Shown here: piece by piece, positions 8,654 to 18,251 of the stretch | Layout of the letters: each line of letters opens with the position of its first letter | Position numbering within the stretch: the first letter of the stretch is position 1 | Assembly: GCF_000940845.1 (NCBI RefSeq) | Contig: NZ_CP010341.1 | Location: forward strand, 960,001 to 992,000 | Source of the DNA: Propionibacterium freudenreichii subsp. freudenreichii | Lineage (GTDB): Bacteria; Actinomycetota; Actinomycetes; Propionibacteriales; Propionibacteriaceae | Length of the DNA stretch: 32,000 nucleotides | Reading direction: 5' to 3' | Position numbers and translations under genes: made by a program | Notes under the pieces: model-generated | The model's input: only the letters and a program-made list of their open reading frames with translations | What the model was told of the DNA's origin: nothing | Databases searched by the model: none

Positions 8654-9664
8654 ATGATCGACGATCGCAAATTGGATGTGCTGCGAGCCATCGTGACCGA
8701 CTATGTCGCCAGCCGCGAGCCCGTGGGCAGCAAGGCCCTGGTGGAACGCCATCACCTTGACGTCTCGCCGGCCACGGTGCGCAACGACATGGCAGCGCTG
8801 GAGGAGGAGGGCTATCTCACCCAGCCCCACACGAGCGCGGGACGGATCCCCACGGACAAGGGCTACCGGCTCTTCGTCGATCGCATCGCCCAGGTGAAGC
8901 CCCTGTCGCCGGCCGAGCGCCGCGCCGTGTCCACCTTCCTGGAAGGGGCGGTGGACCTGGAGGACGTGGTGCGTCGCACCGTGCGACTGCTGGCCGTGAT
9001 CACCCACCAGGTGGCGATCGTGCAGTACCCCGAGTCGAACGCGGCCCGGTTGCGCCACGTCGAGGTGGTGACCCTGTCGCCCGAAATGGCCATCGTCATC
9101 GTGGTGAACAGTGCCGGCACCGTCTACCAGCGCAGCATCCGCGTGCCCGAACACAGCGATGATGACCTGCAGTTCGTCCGCGACGCCGTCAATGCCGCCG
9201 TCGACGGCGAGCCGCCGGCCGGCGCCATCGAGGCGCTCAATGCCCTGGCCGAGCAACCGCTGCCGCGGTTGGGATCCAGCGTCGTCGCGTCAGTGCTCGA
9301 CATGTTGGCCACCGACGAGGCCCCGCGCGTGGCCGTGGGCGGAGTGCCGAACCTCACGCGGTTCGGCGCCGAGTTCGAGACCACCGTCAAGCCGGTGCTC
9401 GAGGCCCTTGAGGAACAGATGGTCCTGTTGCGCCTCGTGGGCGAGGCGGCAGCGGATCATCCCGGTGACGTGGCGGTGCGCATCGGCCAGGAGAATCCCT
9501 TCGCACCCCTGAAGACCACTTCGGTGGTGGCCTCCAGCTATGGATCCTTTGAGGCCAGTGCCAATCTGGGCATTGTGGGTCCCACCCGGATGGACTATCC
9601 GTCCACCATGGCGGCGGTTCGCGCCGTCGCTCGTTACGTCGGCCAGTTCCTGGCGGAAGGTTGA
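8654..9664 (+). CDS. hrcA: heat-inducible transcription repressor HrcA
   Basis: MIDDRKLDVLRAIVTDYVASREPVGSKALVERHHLDVSPATVRNDMAALEEEGYLTQPHTSAGRIPTDKGYR is a canonical HrcA N-terminus. ATG 8654 follows agaggaa. The listed ORF start 8492 is an upstream extension. Confidence 0.95.
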   Translation: MIDDRKLDVLRAIVTDYVASREPVGSKALVERHHLDVSPATVRNDMAALEEEGYLTQPHTSAGRIPTDKGYRLFVDRIAQVKPLSPAERRAVSTFLEGAVDLEDVVRRTVRLLAVITHQVAIVQYPESNAARLRHVEVVTLSPEMAIVIVVNSAGTVYQRSIRVPEHSDDDLQFVRDAVNAAVDGEPPAGAIEALNALAEQPLPRLGSSVVASVLDMLATDEAPRVAVGGVPNLTRFGAEFETTVKPVLEALEEQMVLLRLVGEAAADHPGDVAVRIGQENPFAPLKTTSVVASSYGSFEASANLGIVGPTRMDYPSTMAAVRAVARYVGQFLAEG

Positions 9665-9676
9665 TTTCACCTACTC

Positions 9677-10885
9677 ATGAGCAGTGATTACTACGAGGTG
9701 CTGGGCATCGGACGTGATGCCTCCGCCGAGCAGATCAAGCGGGCCTATCGCAAGAAGGCCATGCAGGTCCACCCCGATGTGACCAGCGATCCTGATGCCG
9801 AGGAGAAGTTCAAGCAGGTCAATGAGGCCTACGAGGTGCTCTCCGACCCGCAGAAGAAGTCGATCTACGATCGTGGTGGCGATCCGGCCCATGCCGGTGC
9901 CGGCGCCGGCGGCGGCTTCGACCCCTTCGGAGGGTTCGGCGGATTCAACGGCGGCGGCCAGATGGGCTTCGACGTGGGTGACCTGCTCGGGGCCATGTTC
10001 GGTGCCGGCGGCACCACGCGTGGGCCACGCTCGCGGGTGCGCCAGGGCTCCGACCAACTCGTGCGCCTCGACCTCACGCTCGCCCAGGCAGCCTTCGGCA
10101 CCGAGGCGCCGCTGACGCTGGACACCTATGTGGTCTGTCCCCACTGCCACGGCCAGGGCTCGGCCAACGGTGAGGAGCCCGTGACCTGCACCCAGTGCCA
10201 CGGTTCGGGATCAATCACCCAGATCCAGCACTCCTTCCTCGGCGATATCCGGTCCACCGCCACCTGCCCCACCTGTCAGGGCTACGGCTCGGTCATCACC
10301 GATCCCTGCCCCGAGTGCTCGGGTGAGGGTCGGGTACGGGCCCGTCGCGACATCACCGTCAAGGTGCCTGCCGGGGTGAGCACCGGCAACCGCATCCAGC
10401 TGCGCAGCCAGGCCGAGGTCGGCACCGGCGGGGGACCGGCCGGGGACCTCTACGTCGAGGTGAACGTGCAGCCCCACGAGGTGTTCACCAGGGACGGTGA
10501 CAACCTCGAGATGATGCTGACCATCCCGATGACCGCTGCGGCGCTCGGCTGCAAGGTGCCCATCAAGACCCTTGAGTCCGAACTGGCCGATGCCGACCCC
10601 AAGAAGTCCACTGTGGAACTCGCCATTCCCGCCGGCACCCAATCGGGGGCGCGGATTGCGATCAAGGGTCGCGGCGTCACGAAACTGCGTGGTCGCGACA
10701 GCAAGCAGCGTGGTGACCTCGGCGTGACCATCGTGGTGCAGACGCCCACCAAGCTCGACGAATCACAACGCAAGCTGTTGGAGGAACTGGCGGACGCGCG
10801 GGGCGAAGTCGGCGACGGCATCGCCAAGACCCATGCCGACGACAAGGGCTTCTTCGAGAAGCTGCGCAAGGCCTTCACCGGATGA
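9677..10885 (+). CDS. dnaJ: molecular chaperone DnaJ
   Basis: J-domain (YYEVLGI...HPD), a G/F-rich region and four CxxCxG zinc-finger repeats. It immediately follows hrcA. Confidence 0.95.
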   Translation: MSSDYYEVLGIGRDASAEQIKRAYRKKAMQVHPDVTSDPDAEEKFKQVNEAYEVLSDPQKKSIYDRGGDPAHAGAGAGGGFDPFGGFGGFNGGGQMGFDVGDLLGAMFGAGGTTRGPRSRVRQGSDQLVRLDLTLAQAAFGTEAPLTLDTYVVCPHCHGQGSANGEEPVTCTQCHGSGSITQIQHSFLGDIRSTATCPTCQGYGSVITDPCPECSGEGRVRARRDITVKVPAGVSTGNRIQLRSQAEVGTGGGPAGDLYVEVNVQPHEVFTRDGDNLEMMLTIPMTAAALGCKVPIKTLESELADADPKKSTVELAIPAGTQSGARIAIKGRGVTKLRGRDSKQRGDLGVTIVVQTPTKLDESQRKLLEELADARGEVGDGIAKTHADDKGFFEKLRKAFTG

Positions 10886-11631
10886 CCGACCCGCTCTTCC
10901 TGGCCGATATCGCCGGTGCCGGACCGGGCGATGTGGTGCTCATCGAGGGGCCGGAGGGTCGTCACGCCGCGACCGTGAAGCGCATGCGCGTCGGCGAGTC
11001 GGTCCTGGTGGCCGACGGTGCCGGCGCGGGCCTGCGCGGCGTCATCGACTCGGTGGCCAAGAACTCGGTCTCGGTGCGCGTCGGGGAGCTGATCGCCCGA
11101 AGGCCCGCGGCGCTGCACACGGTGGCCGTCCAGGCACTGGCCAAGGGCGAGCGCTCCGATATCGCCGTGGAGGCCATGACCGAGCTCGGCGTTGACGAGA
11201 TCATCGCCTGGCAGGCCTCCCGCAGCATCGTGCGCTGGGAGGCCAAGGCCGAGAAGGGCCTGGCCAAGTGGCGTTCGTCGGCGCGCGCTGCCACCAAGCA
11301 GTCGCGGCGCTTCCGGATCCCGCAGGTCTCCACGGCCGGTACCCCGGGCGTTGTCGAGCGCCTGGCCCGGGCCGACCTGGCCCTGGTGCTGCACGAGGAG
11401 GCCACGACGCCACTGTCGGGGCTGAGCGTGCCGTCCGCGGGGGAGTGCGTCTTCGTGATCGGACCCGAGGGCGGCATCAGTCCCGAGGAACTTGAGGCCT
11501 TCCGGGGCGCGGGCGCACGGCTCGTCAGCCTGTCGGACGCGGTCCTGCGCGCATCCACTGCCGGAGTCGTCGCCCTGGCCCAGCTCCAGGCACTCGCCGC
11601 ACGCGGCGGGCCCAACGGCTCAGACCTGTAG
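10882..11631 (+). CDS. rsmE: 16S rRNA (uracil1498-N3)-methyltransferase RsmE
   Basis: ATGA start/stop overlap with dnaJ. Contains the [12 protein letters not shown] motif and has the conserved position after dnaJ. Confidence 0.88.
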   Translation: MTDPLFLADIAGAGPGDVVLIEGPEGRHAATVKRMRVGESVLVADGAGAGLRGVIDSVAKNSVSVRVGELIARRPAALHTVAVQALAKGERSDIAVEAMTELGVDEIIAWQASRSIVRWEAKAEKGLAKWRSSARAATKQSRRFRIPQVSTAGTPGVVERLARADLALVLHEEATTPLSGLSVPSAGECVFVIGPEGGISPEELEAFRGAGARLVSLSDAVLRASTAGVVALAQLQALAARGGPNGSDL

Positions 11632-12948
11632 CTCCAGCGGAACCGGCTTGCCGCTGCTGTGCAGGCCCGACAGGTCCTTGAGCACCACGTGGTTGCGGTC
11701 GTTGGTCGTGCCCAGGGTGAGCTGGGGCATGAGGCCCATGACCTGCCAGCGGCTGCGGAACAGCCATTCCTCGGCGGCGTGGGTGGCGATGCGCCAGAAG
11801 TTGAGCAGGTAGCCGCCCTCGTAGAGGTGGAGTAGTGCGTAGCCGCCGGGGTAGGCGGCGCAGGCCGCGTTCTCGAAATATTCGGTGTGGGAGCCCTGCA
11901 CGTCGGCCTTGCCGCGGCGCATCCGGTGGGTGTGTCCGGTGTGGTGCAGGAAGACCCCCTTGGCGCGCCGTTCGAGGCTCTGCACGGCGAGGCGGTCACG
12001 CCACCGCAACATGAATTGGGGCCCGGCCGGTGAGGTGAGGGCCGCGTCGTGGGTGACGGGGTGGTGACTGGTCACCAGGGTGGGGCGGTCGGGTTCGTCG
12101 GCCAGGCAGGCGCGGATGTGGTCGAGTTGGTCGGGCAGGATCCATCCGCCGCCCCCGCCGCGGGTGGTGTCGATGCCCAGTATCCGCAGTCCCTCGGGGG
12201 TCTGGTTGGCGCACATGTGTTGGTAGGCGACGAAGGCGTCGCCGAAGGGGTCGGTGCCGTCGCGGCGTGGCCGGTCGTGGTTGCCGCGCACGGCAAGCCA
12301 GTCGTCCTGGCTGGTGCCGTAGCCGGCGAGCAGCTGCCGGGCCAGCGCGACCTGGTCGCTGGTGCCGTCGTAGGTGATGTCGCCGCCCAGCACGAGGAAG
12401 GGGTGGTCGTGGGTGGTGTCGAGTTCGTCGAGCATGGCGGTGAACATCATCCGGGGGTAGCCGGCCTGACCGCGGGCGGGTGCCACCGAGGTGGGCAGTG
12501 CCCCCAGCACGATGCCCTGGCGCTTCTCGCCCAGGTGCATGTCGTTGGCCAGGGCGATGGTGGTCAGGTAGCGCCCCGGTGGGGGGATGAGGGTGACGAA
12601 GCGGTGGACGCGTTCGGGGCTGGTGTGGCGGTTGGTGGTGTACAGGCCGGGCAGGGGCTGGATTCCTCCCGAGCGGGCGCGGAATCCGTATTCGCGGCCG
12701 GGTTCCAGTCCGGTGACGGTGACCTGGTGGAAGGCCCGTGGCGTGGGGTCGTCGTGGACGAGCCGCAGGGTGGAGTCGGCGTCGCCCACCCATAGTTGGG
12801 TGTCGGTGAACGCGGGTTGGGGTAGCAGGGACCGTCCGCGGTGGCTGCGGGTGATCCAACTGATCACGGCGCTGGTGGGCGTGATCGTCAACACCTCAAG
12901 GTCAGTTGCCACGAACGGCTTGTGCACGGAATTCAACCTACCGTGCAT
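11620..12948 (-). CDS. metallophosphoesterase with an N-terminal purple-acid-phosphatase-like/FN3-like domain
   Basis: Calcineurin-like motifs occur in order: DMHLG, GGDITYDG, RGNHD, SHHP, GHTH. The N-terminal roughly 100 aa (TDLEVLTITPTSAVISWIT...FHQVTVTGLEPGREYGF) look like a PAP N-terminal/FN3 fold. No signal peptide is evident. Confidence 0.85.
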   Translation of the reverse strand: MHGRLNSVHKPFVATDLEVLTITPTSAVISWITRSHRGRSLLPQPAFTDTQLWVGDADSTLRLVHDDPTPRAFHQVTVTGLEPGREYGFRARSGGIQPLPGLYTTNRHTSPERVHRFVTLIPPPGRYLTTIALANDMHLGEKRQGIVLGALPTSVAPARGQAGYPRMMFTAMLDELDTTHDHPFLVLGGDITYDGTSDQVALARQLLAGYGTSQDDWLAVRGNHDRPRRDGTDPFGDAFVAYQHMCANQTPEGLRILGIDTTRGGGGGWILPDQLDHIRACLADEPDRPTLVTSHHPVTHDAALTSPAGPQFMLRWRDRLAVQSLERRAKGVFLHHTGHTHRMRRGKADVQGSHTEYFENAACAAYPGGYALLHLYEGGYLLNFWRIATHAAEEWLFRSRWQVMGLMPQLTLGTTNDRNHVVLKDLSGLHSSGKPVPLELQV

Positions 12949-13067
12949 CGCAGACGTCCAGCCATCCGCGATCCTGATGCGGGCACAGTGGCCCTGACAA
13001 GGCCCTTTGCGGTAGTGGCGGCGGCTGGATCGGCCCGGATTTCACCTCGCCTGTCACAATCGAGGGC

Positions 13068-14336
13068 GTGTGCGCCGCCAAGTCCTGCGATTTCTCCTTC
13101 TCCGTCGACCATGTGCTGCCCAATGGATTGGGGCGGTCCGGCACGATCACCACGCCGCATGGCCCGATCAGCACCCCGGCCTTCGTGGTGGTGGGCACCA
13201 AGGCGACCGTCAAGACCGTCACCCCCGAGCAGATGGACCAGGCGGGCGCCCAGGCCGTGTTGGCCAATGCCTTCCACCTCTACCTGCAGCCCGGCCCCGA
13301 CATCGTGGACGAGGCCGGTGGGCTCGGTCGGTTCATGAACTGGCCCGGCCCCAGCTTCACCGATTCGGGTGGCTTCCAGGTGATGAGCCTCGGCGTCGGC
13401 TTCAAGAAGGTGCTCGCCATGGACGTCACCGGCATGCAGAACGACGATGTGATCGCCGAGGGCAAGCAGCGCGACGCCCAGGTGGACGAGGACGGGGTCA
13501 CCTTCAAGAGCCCGCTGGACGGATCGACCCATCGGTTCACCGCCGAGGTGAGCATGGGCGTGCAGCACCAGCTCGGTGCCGACATCATGTTCGCCTTCGA
13601 TGAACTCACCACGTTGATGAACACCAGGGGCTACCAGGAGGATTCGGTGCGGCGCACGCAGCGGTGGGCACAGCGCTGCGTCGACGAGCACTTCCGACTC
13701 ACCGACGCCCGCTCCGGGCACCCCTACCAGGCACTGTTCGGCGTGGTGCAGGGCGCCCAGTACGAGGACCTGCGCCGTGAGGCCTGCCGCGGGTTGCGCC
13801 AGACCCGGGCACAGGTCCCGGGCCACGAGCACGAGGGCTTCGACGGCTACGGCATCGGTGGTGCCATCGAGAAGCAGCACTTGGGCGACATCGTGGGGTG
13901 GTGTGCCGAGGAACTGCCCGATGACAAGCCCCGTCACCTGTTGGGCATCAGCGAACCCGACGACCTGTTCGCGGCCTGCGCGGCCGGGGCGGACACCTTC
14001 GACTGCGTCAATCCCAGTCGCACCGCGCGCAATGGCGCGATCTACACCGCCCGCGGCAGGTACAACGTCACCACCGCCGCGAACCGGCGCGCCTTCGTTG
14101 CGCTTGAGGAGGGTTGCGATTGCTACACCTGCACCCACTACACGCGCGCCTACCTGCACCACATGTTCAAGGCCCATGAGTTCCTGGGCAAGACGCTGGC
14201 CACCATCCACAATGAGCGGTTCACCATCAGGCTGGTGGATTCGATCCGCCATGCCGTCCGGGGTGGCGAGTTCGACGCCCTGCGCACCGAATTCCTCGGT
14301 TCGTTCTACGGGGGCGCCACGCCCGGACGTGCCTGA
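13068..14336 (+). CDS. tgt: tRNA-guanine transglycosylase (queuine tRNA-ribosyltransferase) family protein, atypical
   Basis: Tgt motifs present: TPAFVVVGT, TDSGGFQV, FDEL (usually DEC), LFGVVQG, FDCVNPSRTARNG and the zinc site CDCYTC...H. GTG start. Confidence 0.85.
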   Translation: MCAAKSCDFSFSVDHVLPNGLGRSGTITTPHGPISTPAFVVVGTKATVKTVTPEQMDQAGAQAVLANAFHLYLQPGPDIVDEAGGLGRFMNWPGPSFTDSGGFQVMSLGVGFKKVLAMDVTGMQNDDVIAEGKQRDAQVDEDGVTFKSPLDGSTHRFTAEVSMGVQHQLGADIMFAFDELTTLMNTRGYQEDSVRRTQRWAQRCVDEHFRLTDARSGHPYQALFGVVQGAQYEDLRREACRGLRQTRAQVPGHEHEGFDGYGIGGAIEKQHLGDIVGWCAEELPDDKPRHLLGISEPDDLFAACAAGADTFDCVNPSRTARNGAIYTARGRYNVTTAANRRAFVALEEGCDCYTCTHYTRAYLHHMFKAHEFLGKTLATIHNERFTIRLVDSIRHAVRGGEFDALRTEFLGSFYGGATPGRA

Positions 14337-14448
14337 GTGGCCGGGGCCGGGCGAACGCGTCCCTAGCAGTGGGTGCACCCATGCCATGTCAATCCCCAAC
14401 TGGCGAGGCTGGCCGCATGCGGGGCCGGGTTCGTGGCAAGATCGAAAC

Positions 14449-15000
14449 ATGAGTGACACCGACGAAGCGATACCCAACGATGGCGTCGAGAACGACGAGA
14501 ACACGGAGCTGGCCCAGCTGAGTCCGGCAGATTCGCTGATTGATCGCGGCGTCGCTGATCCGTTGGACGAGGGCTACATCCCTCCGGACCACTGGTCGCC
14601 GGCGCAGGGGTTCGGCAACACCGCCTCGGAGATGGCCCGCAACGAGACGATTGACCAGCGCCTCACCCAGGAGGAGCCCGAGCCCGATCCCAACGCCCCC
14701 GAACACCACTGGAACCCCGATCACGAGCCACGCCAGGTGGGCAGCAAGCGCGCCGGCCGACTGGTGGCCGCGGGCGGTGGCATCGATGCCGAGGACACCG
14801 AATCGGAATCCGTGGCCTCTGATGTCGGGATTTCCGGCGGTGCTGCCAGCGCCGAGGAAGCTGCCATGCACATCATCGAGACCGACGACGAGTCCGACGA
14901 TGATGATGACGATGTGCAGACCGATGACGCCACCGTGAGCAACGATCCCGCGACGGACGGGTCGGGCACCGCCGAGAAGTTGGACGAGGACCAGTCCTGA
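14449..15000 (+). CDS. highly acidic conserved hypothetical protein (DUF5709-like)
   Basis: 183-aa product starting at ATG 14449 (MSDTDEAIPNDGVENDENTELAQLSP...DPLDEGYIPPDHWS...), with the run DDESDDDDDD near the C-terminus. The upstream part of listed ORF 13777 is out-of-frame overlap with tgt. The family name is from memory. Confidence 0.6.
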   Translation: MSDTDEAIPNDGVENDENTELAQLSPADSLIDRGVADPLDEGYIPPDHWSPAQGFGNTASEMARNETIDQRLTQEEPEPDPNAPEHHWNPDHEPRQVGSKRAGRLVAAGGGIDAEDTESESVASDVGISGGAASAEEAAMHIIETDDESDDDDDDVQTDDATVSNDPATDGSGTAEKLDEDQS

Positions 15001-15081
15001 TCCATGGGGCTGGCACGGGCCGCTCGTCGCGCCTGTGCCGCATCCCCCGGGCCTGCGTGATCTGACAACGAAGGAGCAACT

Positions 15082-16140
15082 GTGTCCAGTCCCCAGCGGT
15101 CGACGCTGTCCCCGGTGGCATCGGGCGCCGACCATGATGTGACCGCCGGCGCGGTGGTGCGTCCCCAGCGGGTGCGCTATCCCGATATCGAGCCCTATGA
15201 CGAGCGGATGCTCGACGTGGGTGACGGCCAGTCGCTGCACGTGGAGCAGAGTGGCAATCCCGACGGCATCCCCGTGGTGTTCGTGCACGGCGGTCCCGGT
15301 GGGGGCATTGGCCGCGACTACCGCGGATTCTTCGACCCCGAGTTGTTCCGCATCATCGGCTTCGACCAGCGCGGTTGCGGGCTGTCCACCCCGCATGTGT
15401 CCCAGTTGCACGATGCCGCGCAGATGGCGTCCAACACCACTGCCCACCTGGTGGGTGACATGGAGCGCCTGCGCACCGAACTGGGCATTGAGCTGTGGGG
15501 CGTGTTCGGCGGATCCTGGGGCAGCACCCTGTCGCTGGCCTATGCCGAGCAGTTCCCCGAACGGGTGAACTGGCTCGTCCTGCGGGGAATCTTCACCCTG
15601 CGTCGCAGCGAACTGGACTGGTACTACAACGGCGGGGCCTCCATGGTCTACCCCGAGCACTGGCAGCACTTCCTGGCGCCGCTGCGCCGCGCCGGCTTCG
15701 ACCTCGATGGCGACAACATCGTCGGCTACCACCGCCTGTTGTGGAGCGAGGACCATGAGCTCGCCCGGGCGGCCGGACTCGCCTGGACGCGGTGGGAGGC
15801 CGCCACGTCGAGCCTGCTGTACAGCGCCGAGCACGTCGAGGAATCCAGCGATCCGGACGCCGCACTGGCGTTCGCGCGCATCGAGAACCACTACTTTGCC
15901 CACCACGGATTCCTGCGCGAGAACCAGCTGATCGAACAGGCGGGCCGGCTCGGCGACATCGACGGGGTGATCGTGCAGGGCCGCTATGACATGTGCTGCC
16001 CCGCGGCCACCAGCCATGAGCTGCACAAGGCCTGGCCACGCGCCGACTACCGCGTCGTGATGGCGGGCCATTCGGCCTTCGAACCCAACATCACCTCCGA
16101 GTTGGTGTTGGCCACCGATCGCCTGGCCGCCCGCGGCTAG
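15082..16140 (+). CDS. pip: prolyl aminopeptidase (proline iminopeptidase)
   Basis: Alpha/beta-hydrolase motifs HGGPGGG and GGSWGSTL, with full-length similarity to bacterial Pip. aaggag lies 5 nt upstream of GTG 15082. Confidence 0.9.
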   Translation: MSSPQRSTLSPVASGADHDVTAGAVVRPQRVRYPDIEPYDERMLDVGDGQSLHVEQSGNPDGIPVVFVHGGPGGGIGRDYRGFFDPELFRIIGFDQRGCGLSTPHVSQLHDAAQMASNTTAHLVGDMERLRTELGIELWGVFGGSWGSTLSLAYAEQFPERVNWLVLRGIFTLRRSELDWYYNGGASMVYPEHWQHFLAPLRRAGFDLDGDNIVGYHRLLWSEDHELARAAGLAWTRWEAATSSLLYSAEHVEESSDPDAALAFARIENHYFAHHGFLRENQLIEQAGRLGDIDGVIVQGRYDMCCPAATSHELHKAWPRADYRVVMAGHSAFEPNITSELVLATDRLAARG

Positions 16141-16186
16141 TTCCCCGACACCATTGATCGCGCCGCTGCGGCGGTGATCCCAGGGG

Positions 16187-16687
16187 GTGGACCAGATGAC
16201 CACAAGTAGCGAAGATCTCAGTTCCCAGGGCCCGGCCCGCATGGTCCCGGAGCAGTCGACCACCGCCCTCGTCGCGCGGGCCCTGCGGCGTCCGAAGGTC
16301 GTCGGCGTGGTGCTTCTCGCGGCCGAGGTCGTCCTGCGGCTTGCATCGCTGCTCGGCGGTCGCGGTGGGAACGCCGACTACCACGACGTGGACTTCTTCG
16401 GCGCCGCAGCGCTGGCCGTCATCGTCATGGCCATGGCGCGCCGGCACCCCACGGCGCAGAACCAATACGCCTGCGGGGCCCTGTTGATCATCGTCATGCT
16501 GATCGGATCGACGCACTACCTACGGTTCACCGGCCGCAAGATGTGGGACGACACCTTCAACGTGCTCGACTTCACCGGGTCCATCGCGCTGCTGGTGGTG
16601 GGTGTGATCATCATGGGCCGCACCAGGAGGATCAGGAAGGCCGCGCACCCGGCCCCGAACGGGGGAGCTGCTCGCCTCGCGCAGTGA
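16187..16687 (+). CDS. hypothetical membrane protein (about 4 TM helices)
   Basis: Hydrophobic segments VVGVVLLAAEVVLRLASLL, FFGAAALAVIVMAMA, ALLIIVMLIGS and IALLVVGVIIMG. The start could be GTG 16187 or ATG 16196. Confidence 0.6.
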   Translation: MDQMTTSSEDLSSQGPARMVPEQSTTALVARALRRPKVVGVVLLAAEVVLRLASLLGGRGGNADYHDVDFFGAAALAVIVMAMARRHPTAQNQYACGALLIIVMLIGSTHYLRFTGRKMWDDTFNVLDFTGSIALLVVGVIIMGRTRRIRKAAHPAPNGGAARLAQ

Positions 16688-16780
16688 GCGTTCCGCGGCC
16701 CCTCGGCAGCCCCGTGCGGTTCGCCGGTAACGCACAAATCACCCAATCGTCTCAGTGGGCGGGATTCTGGGTCTCATGGC

Positions 16781-18238
16781 GTGAGATTGTCACGTACCGT
16801 CTTCGTCGTGACGCAAACACATGCTGAAGACCCCGCCCACCCGGGTCCTGCCCCGGTGAACCACAAGGGCCGCATCATCGTCTCCTCCCTGGTGGGAACG
16901 ACGATTGAGTTCTACGACTTCTACATCTACGCAACGGCCGCCATCTCGGTGTTCCCGCTGCTGTTCTTCCACTCCTCGGGTGGCAATGGCGCCCTGCTGG
17001 CCTCGCTGGCCACCTTCGGCGTCGCCTTCGTGGCGCGCCCCCTCGGATCGGTGCTGTTCGGCCACTTCGGTGACCGCGCCGGACGCAAGGCGACCCTGTT
17101 GGCGTCGCTGCTCACCATGGGGGTGGCGACCGTGCTCATCGGGCTGCTGCCCACCTACACGTCCATCGGGATCGTCGCGCCGATGCTGCTCGCCCTGATG
17201 CGCTTCTGCCAGGGCCTCGGCCTGGGCGGCGAATGGTCGGGCGCGTCGCTGCTCGCGGGGGAGAACTCGCGCGCCGGCAAGCGTGGCTTCGACTCCATGT
17301 GGCCGCAGCTGGGTGCCCCGTTCGGGTTCCTGCTGGCCAACGGATTCTTCTTCATGCTCACCATGACGATGAACTACGACTCCACCCAGGCCACCACCAA
17401 CCATGCCTTCCTGGCCTGGGGTTGGCGCCTGCCCTTCCTCTTCTCGGCCGTCATCGTCGCGTTGGGCCTGTACGTGCGCTTCAAGCTGCACGAGACCCCG
17501 TCGTTCCAGCGCACCAAGGATCGCGGCGAGGTGGTGAAGGCCCCGGTGCTGGAGGTCTTCCGCAGCTCGTGGCGCGACCTGATCCGTGGCACCTTCATCA
17601 TGCTGGCCACCTACACGCTGTTCTACCTGATGACCACCTGGATCCTCTCCTACGCCATCGGCAAGGTGGCGCTCGGCTACCTGGGCATCAGCTACCACTC
17701 GTTCCTGGTGGTGCAGCTGATCACCATCTGCGCCTTTGCCCTGACCATTCCGATCTCGGGCCTGCTCGGCGACAAGCTTGGGCGCAAGCGCTTCCTGCTC
17801 GTGGTCACGGTGGCCATCATCGCCTTCGGCCTGAGCTTCGGGTTCTTCCTCGATCCCGCCAGGATGGGCACCGGCAGCTCGGCCAACCTGGTGCTCATGA
17901 CGGTCTTCATGCTCATCGGCATGACCCTGATGGGCCTCACCTTCGGCATCCAGTCCGCGCTGCTGCCCGAGCTGTTCCCCACCAATGTGCGCTACACCGG
18001 TTCGGCGATCTCCTACAACGTGTCGTCGATCCTCGGTGCCGCGGTGGCGCCGTTCATCGCGGCCTGGCTCGCGGCGCGCTTCGGGCCCGGCAGCGTCGGC
18101 CTCTACCTGGTCGCCATGGCCGTGTTGACGCTCATCGCCCTGATCACCACCCACGAGACGCGCGACCTCGACCTTGACGCCATCGGCCGCGACAAGCTCG
18201 CCGGCGAGGTGCCCGAATCGGTACTCGTCGACGCCTGA
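16781..18238 (+). CDS. MFS transporter, metabolite:H+ symporter (MHS) type
   Basis: SLVGTTIEFYDFYIYATAA and GHFGDRAGRK motifs and about 12 TM segments. The start is uncertain: GTG 16781, 16808 or 16856. Confidence 0.9.
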   Translation: MRLSRTVFVVTQTHAEDPAHPGPAPVNHKGRIIVSSLVGTTIEFYDFYIYATAAISVFPLLFFHSSGGNGALLASLATFGVAFVARPLGSVLFGHFGDRAGRKATLLASLLTMGVATVLIGLLPTYTSIGIVAPMLLALMRFCQGLGLGGEWSGASLLAGENSRAGKRGFDSMWPQLGAPFGFLLANGFFFMLTMTMNYDSTQATTNHAFLAWGWRLPFLFSAVIVALGLYVRFKLHETPSFQRTKDRGEVVKAPVLEVFRSSWRDLIRGTFIMLATYTLFYLMTTWILSYAIGKVALGYLGISYHSFLVVQLITICAFALTIPISGLLGDKLGRKRFLLVVTVAIIAFGLSFGFFLDPARMGTGSSANLVLMTVFMLIGMTLMGLTFGIQSALLPELFPTNVRYTGSAISYNVSSILGAAVAPFIAAWLAARFGPGSVGLYLVAMAVLTLIALITTHETRDLDLDAIGRDKLAGEVPESVLVDA

Positions 18239-18251
18239 GGACACCCGCATC

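Noticed and set aside
12949-13067. Possible preQ1-type riboswitch upstream of tgt
   Set aside because: I could not recognise the compact preQ1 aptamer hairpin and A-rich tail or any conserved riboswitch core. The region is also a short divergent promoter.
14389-16263. 624-aa ORF on the minus strand
   Set aside because: It is antisense to pip (clear GGSWGSTL hydrolase motifs) and to the acidic protein gene. Its product is Gly/Arg/Ala/Val-rich with no recognisable motif, a typical high-GC antisense artefact.
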